Assembly: GCA_902773445.1 (NCBI GenBank)
Contig: CACYEU010000094.1
Coordinates: forward strand, 1-28,319
Length of the DNA: 28,319 nt
Reading direction: 5' to 3'
Source: an uncultured Lachnospiraceae bacterium
GTDB lineage: Bacteria > Bacillota > Clostridia > Lachnospirales > Lachnospiraceae
The position numbers and the translations under genes were made by a program. The notes below the pieces were generated by a model. The model saw nothing but the letters and a program-made list of their open reading frames with translations, was not told the origin of the DNA and ran no database searches. Below, piece by piece: positions 27,353 to 28,319 of the stretch; positions within the stretch are counted from its first letter, which is position 1, and every line of letters begins with the position of its first letter.

Positions 27353-27616
27353 TCATTCTCCCAATCCGTTTTCGACAACATCGATCATCGCCTGCAGAGC
27401 CTCTTCTTCATCTTCGCCCTCGCAGATCAATTCAATTTCATCGCCTGCGAAAACACAGGCCCCGAGAACACTCAGCACGCTTTTGGCATTTGACTCGTCA
27501 CCGTTCAGTTTAAAAGTGATTCTGCTTTTATAGCGCATCGCTGTCTGACAAAACACTCCGGCCGGGTTTAAATGCAAACCGGTCGTATTGGTGACTGTCA
27601 CAAACTGACTAACCAT
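27353..27616 (-). CDS. ptsH: HPr family phosphocarrier protein
   Basis: GLH (His15), NAKSVLSV (Ser46), EGEDEEEA; 87 aa. Residue 17 is Asn. Confidence 0.85.
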   Translation of the reverse strand: MVSQFVTVTNTTGLHLNPAGVFCQTAMRYKSRITFKLNGDESNAKSVLSVLGACVFAGDEIELICEGEDEEEALQAMIDVVENGLGE

Positions 27617-27631
27617 AACCGCTTGTCTCCT

Positions 27632-28319
27632 TTATTTTTCCTTGATCGTGACCTTGATGGTCAACGGTTGTGCCTGGCATCCTTCCGGAAGCTTGACTGC
27701 GACAGGAACATCATAGGTTCCTGCTTTAGGATAACTCTGAAGATCGATCGATACAGCCTGATCGATATTCAGATTTTCAATCGTTTTCTGCGGTCCTTTC
27801 ACCTGGACTTCCAGATCGTCAGTATCCTCATATTGAATCTCGAAATCTTCGCTGAGGTTGTTGACGATCACCGACCCGACCGGAACGCGGTATACTTTTT
27901 CGCCGAGCCTTGCTATGCTGAATGTCACGACCAGCGTTGAATCCTGATCCTCAGCCAGCTTGATTCCGTTCGGAAGATAATTGCCCAGATTCAGTGTAAC
28001 TTCTTCTTCTCCAAGTGTTTTCTTAAGCTTAAAGGCATCAGCGGGAATTGTGATATGATCTGTCTTGTCAAGTACAGGCTTTTCACCGGCGATCGCCATT
28101 TTGCCCGGCTCATACTTAACATCGTCCAGATATGATCCCTCCGGTGTCTTTATCTTATCCTGATCGATCCGGATCGGTACTTCTTTCGTCGGGAACACAA
28201 CGACCTTAACGGTGATCCCGTCGTCCGGAACGTTGTTGGTCAACCGGCTTTGATCGATCTTATTGCCTTCGGAATCATACAGGATCAGCTTGGATTTTAC
28301 GATTGTGTCTTTAGAGATC
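27632..28319 (-). CDS. cdaR: CdaR (YbbR-repeat) protein, C-terminal part; 5' end outside the window
   Basis: The frame stays open from the window edge (ISKDTIVKSKLILYDSEGNKID...). YbbR-like beta-rich repeats include EVQVKGP..I and GTYDVPV.V.LP. Confidence 0.7.
   Translation of the reverse strand, partial: ISKDTIVKSKLILYDSEGNKIDQSRLTNNVPDDGITVKVVVFPTKEVPIRIDQDKIKTPEGSYLDDVKYEPGKMAIAGEKPVLDKTDHITIPADAFKLKKTLGEEEVTLNLGNYLPNGIKLAEDQDSTLVVTFSIARLGEKVYRVPVGSVIVNNLSEDFEIQYEDTDDLEVQVKGPQKTIENLNIDQAVSIDLQSYPKAGTYDVPVAVKLPEGCQAQPLTIKVTIKEK

Overview
Ordinary chromosomal window from a Gram-positive anaerobe. Gene content, gene order and the HtpG, HPr and LCP families suggest Clostridia, probably Lachnospiraceae (inference). 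I saw no rRNA, tRNA, CRISPR array, transposase or phage genes. From left to right: (1) a minus-strand Dlt-like unit (surface YkuD/Bsp-repeat protein, stand-alone adenylation enzyme, carrier protein, MBOAT running off the left edge) whose adenylation pocket does not look like D-Ala-specific DltA. (2) A four-gene minus-strand operon bounded by a promoter and terminator: double-cubane [8Fe-9S]-type reductase, DUF3343 Se/S-carrier-like protein, ATP-dependent activase and class V cysteine desulfurase. This is the most interesting unit. (3) CIRCE-controlled htpG. (4) A previously uncalled decayed gene fragment followed by gtrA and a DUF6077-like membrane protein. (5) htrA-glyA with a triple direct-repeat regulator site. 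(6) A cell-wall polysaccharide region: cohesin-like membrane protein, two paralogous LCP ligases, two GT2s (one inverted), a WcaJ-like priming transferase with a problematic start codon, rmlBACD and a nucleotidyltransferase. (7) HPr with an Arg17-to-Asn change and a partial cdaR. Family assignments come from recalled motifs, not database searches. Promoters and terminators were found by eye.
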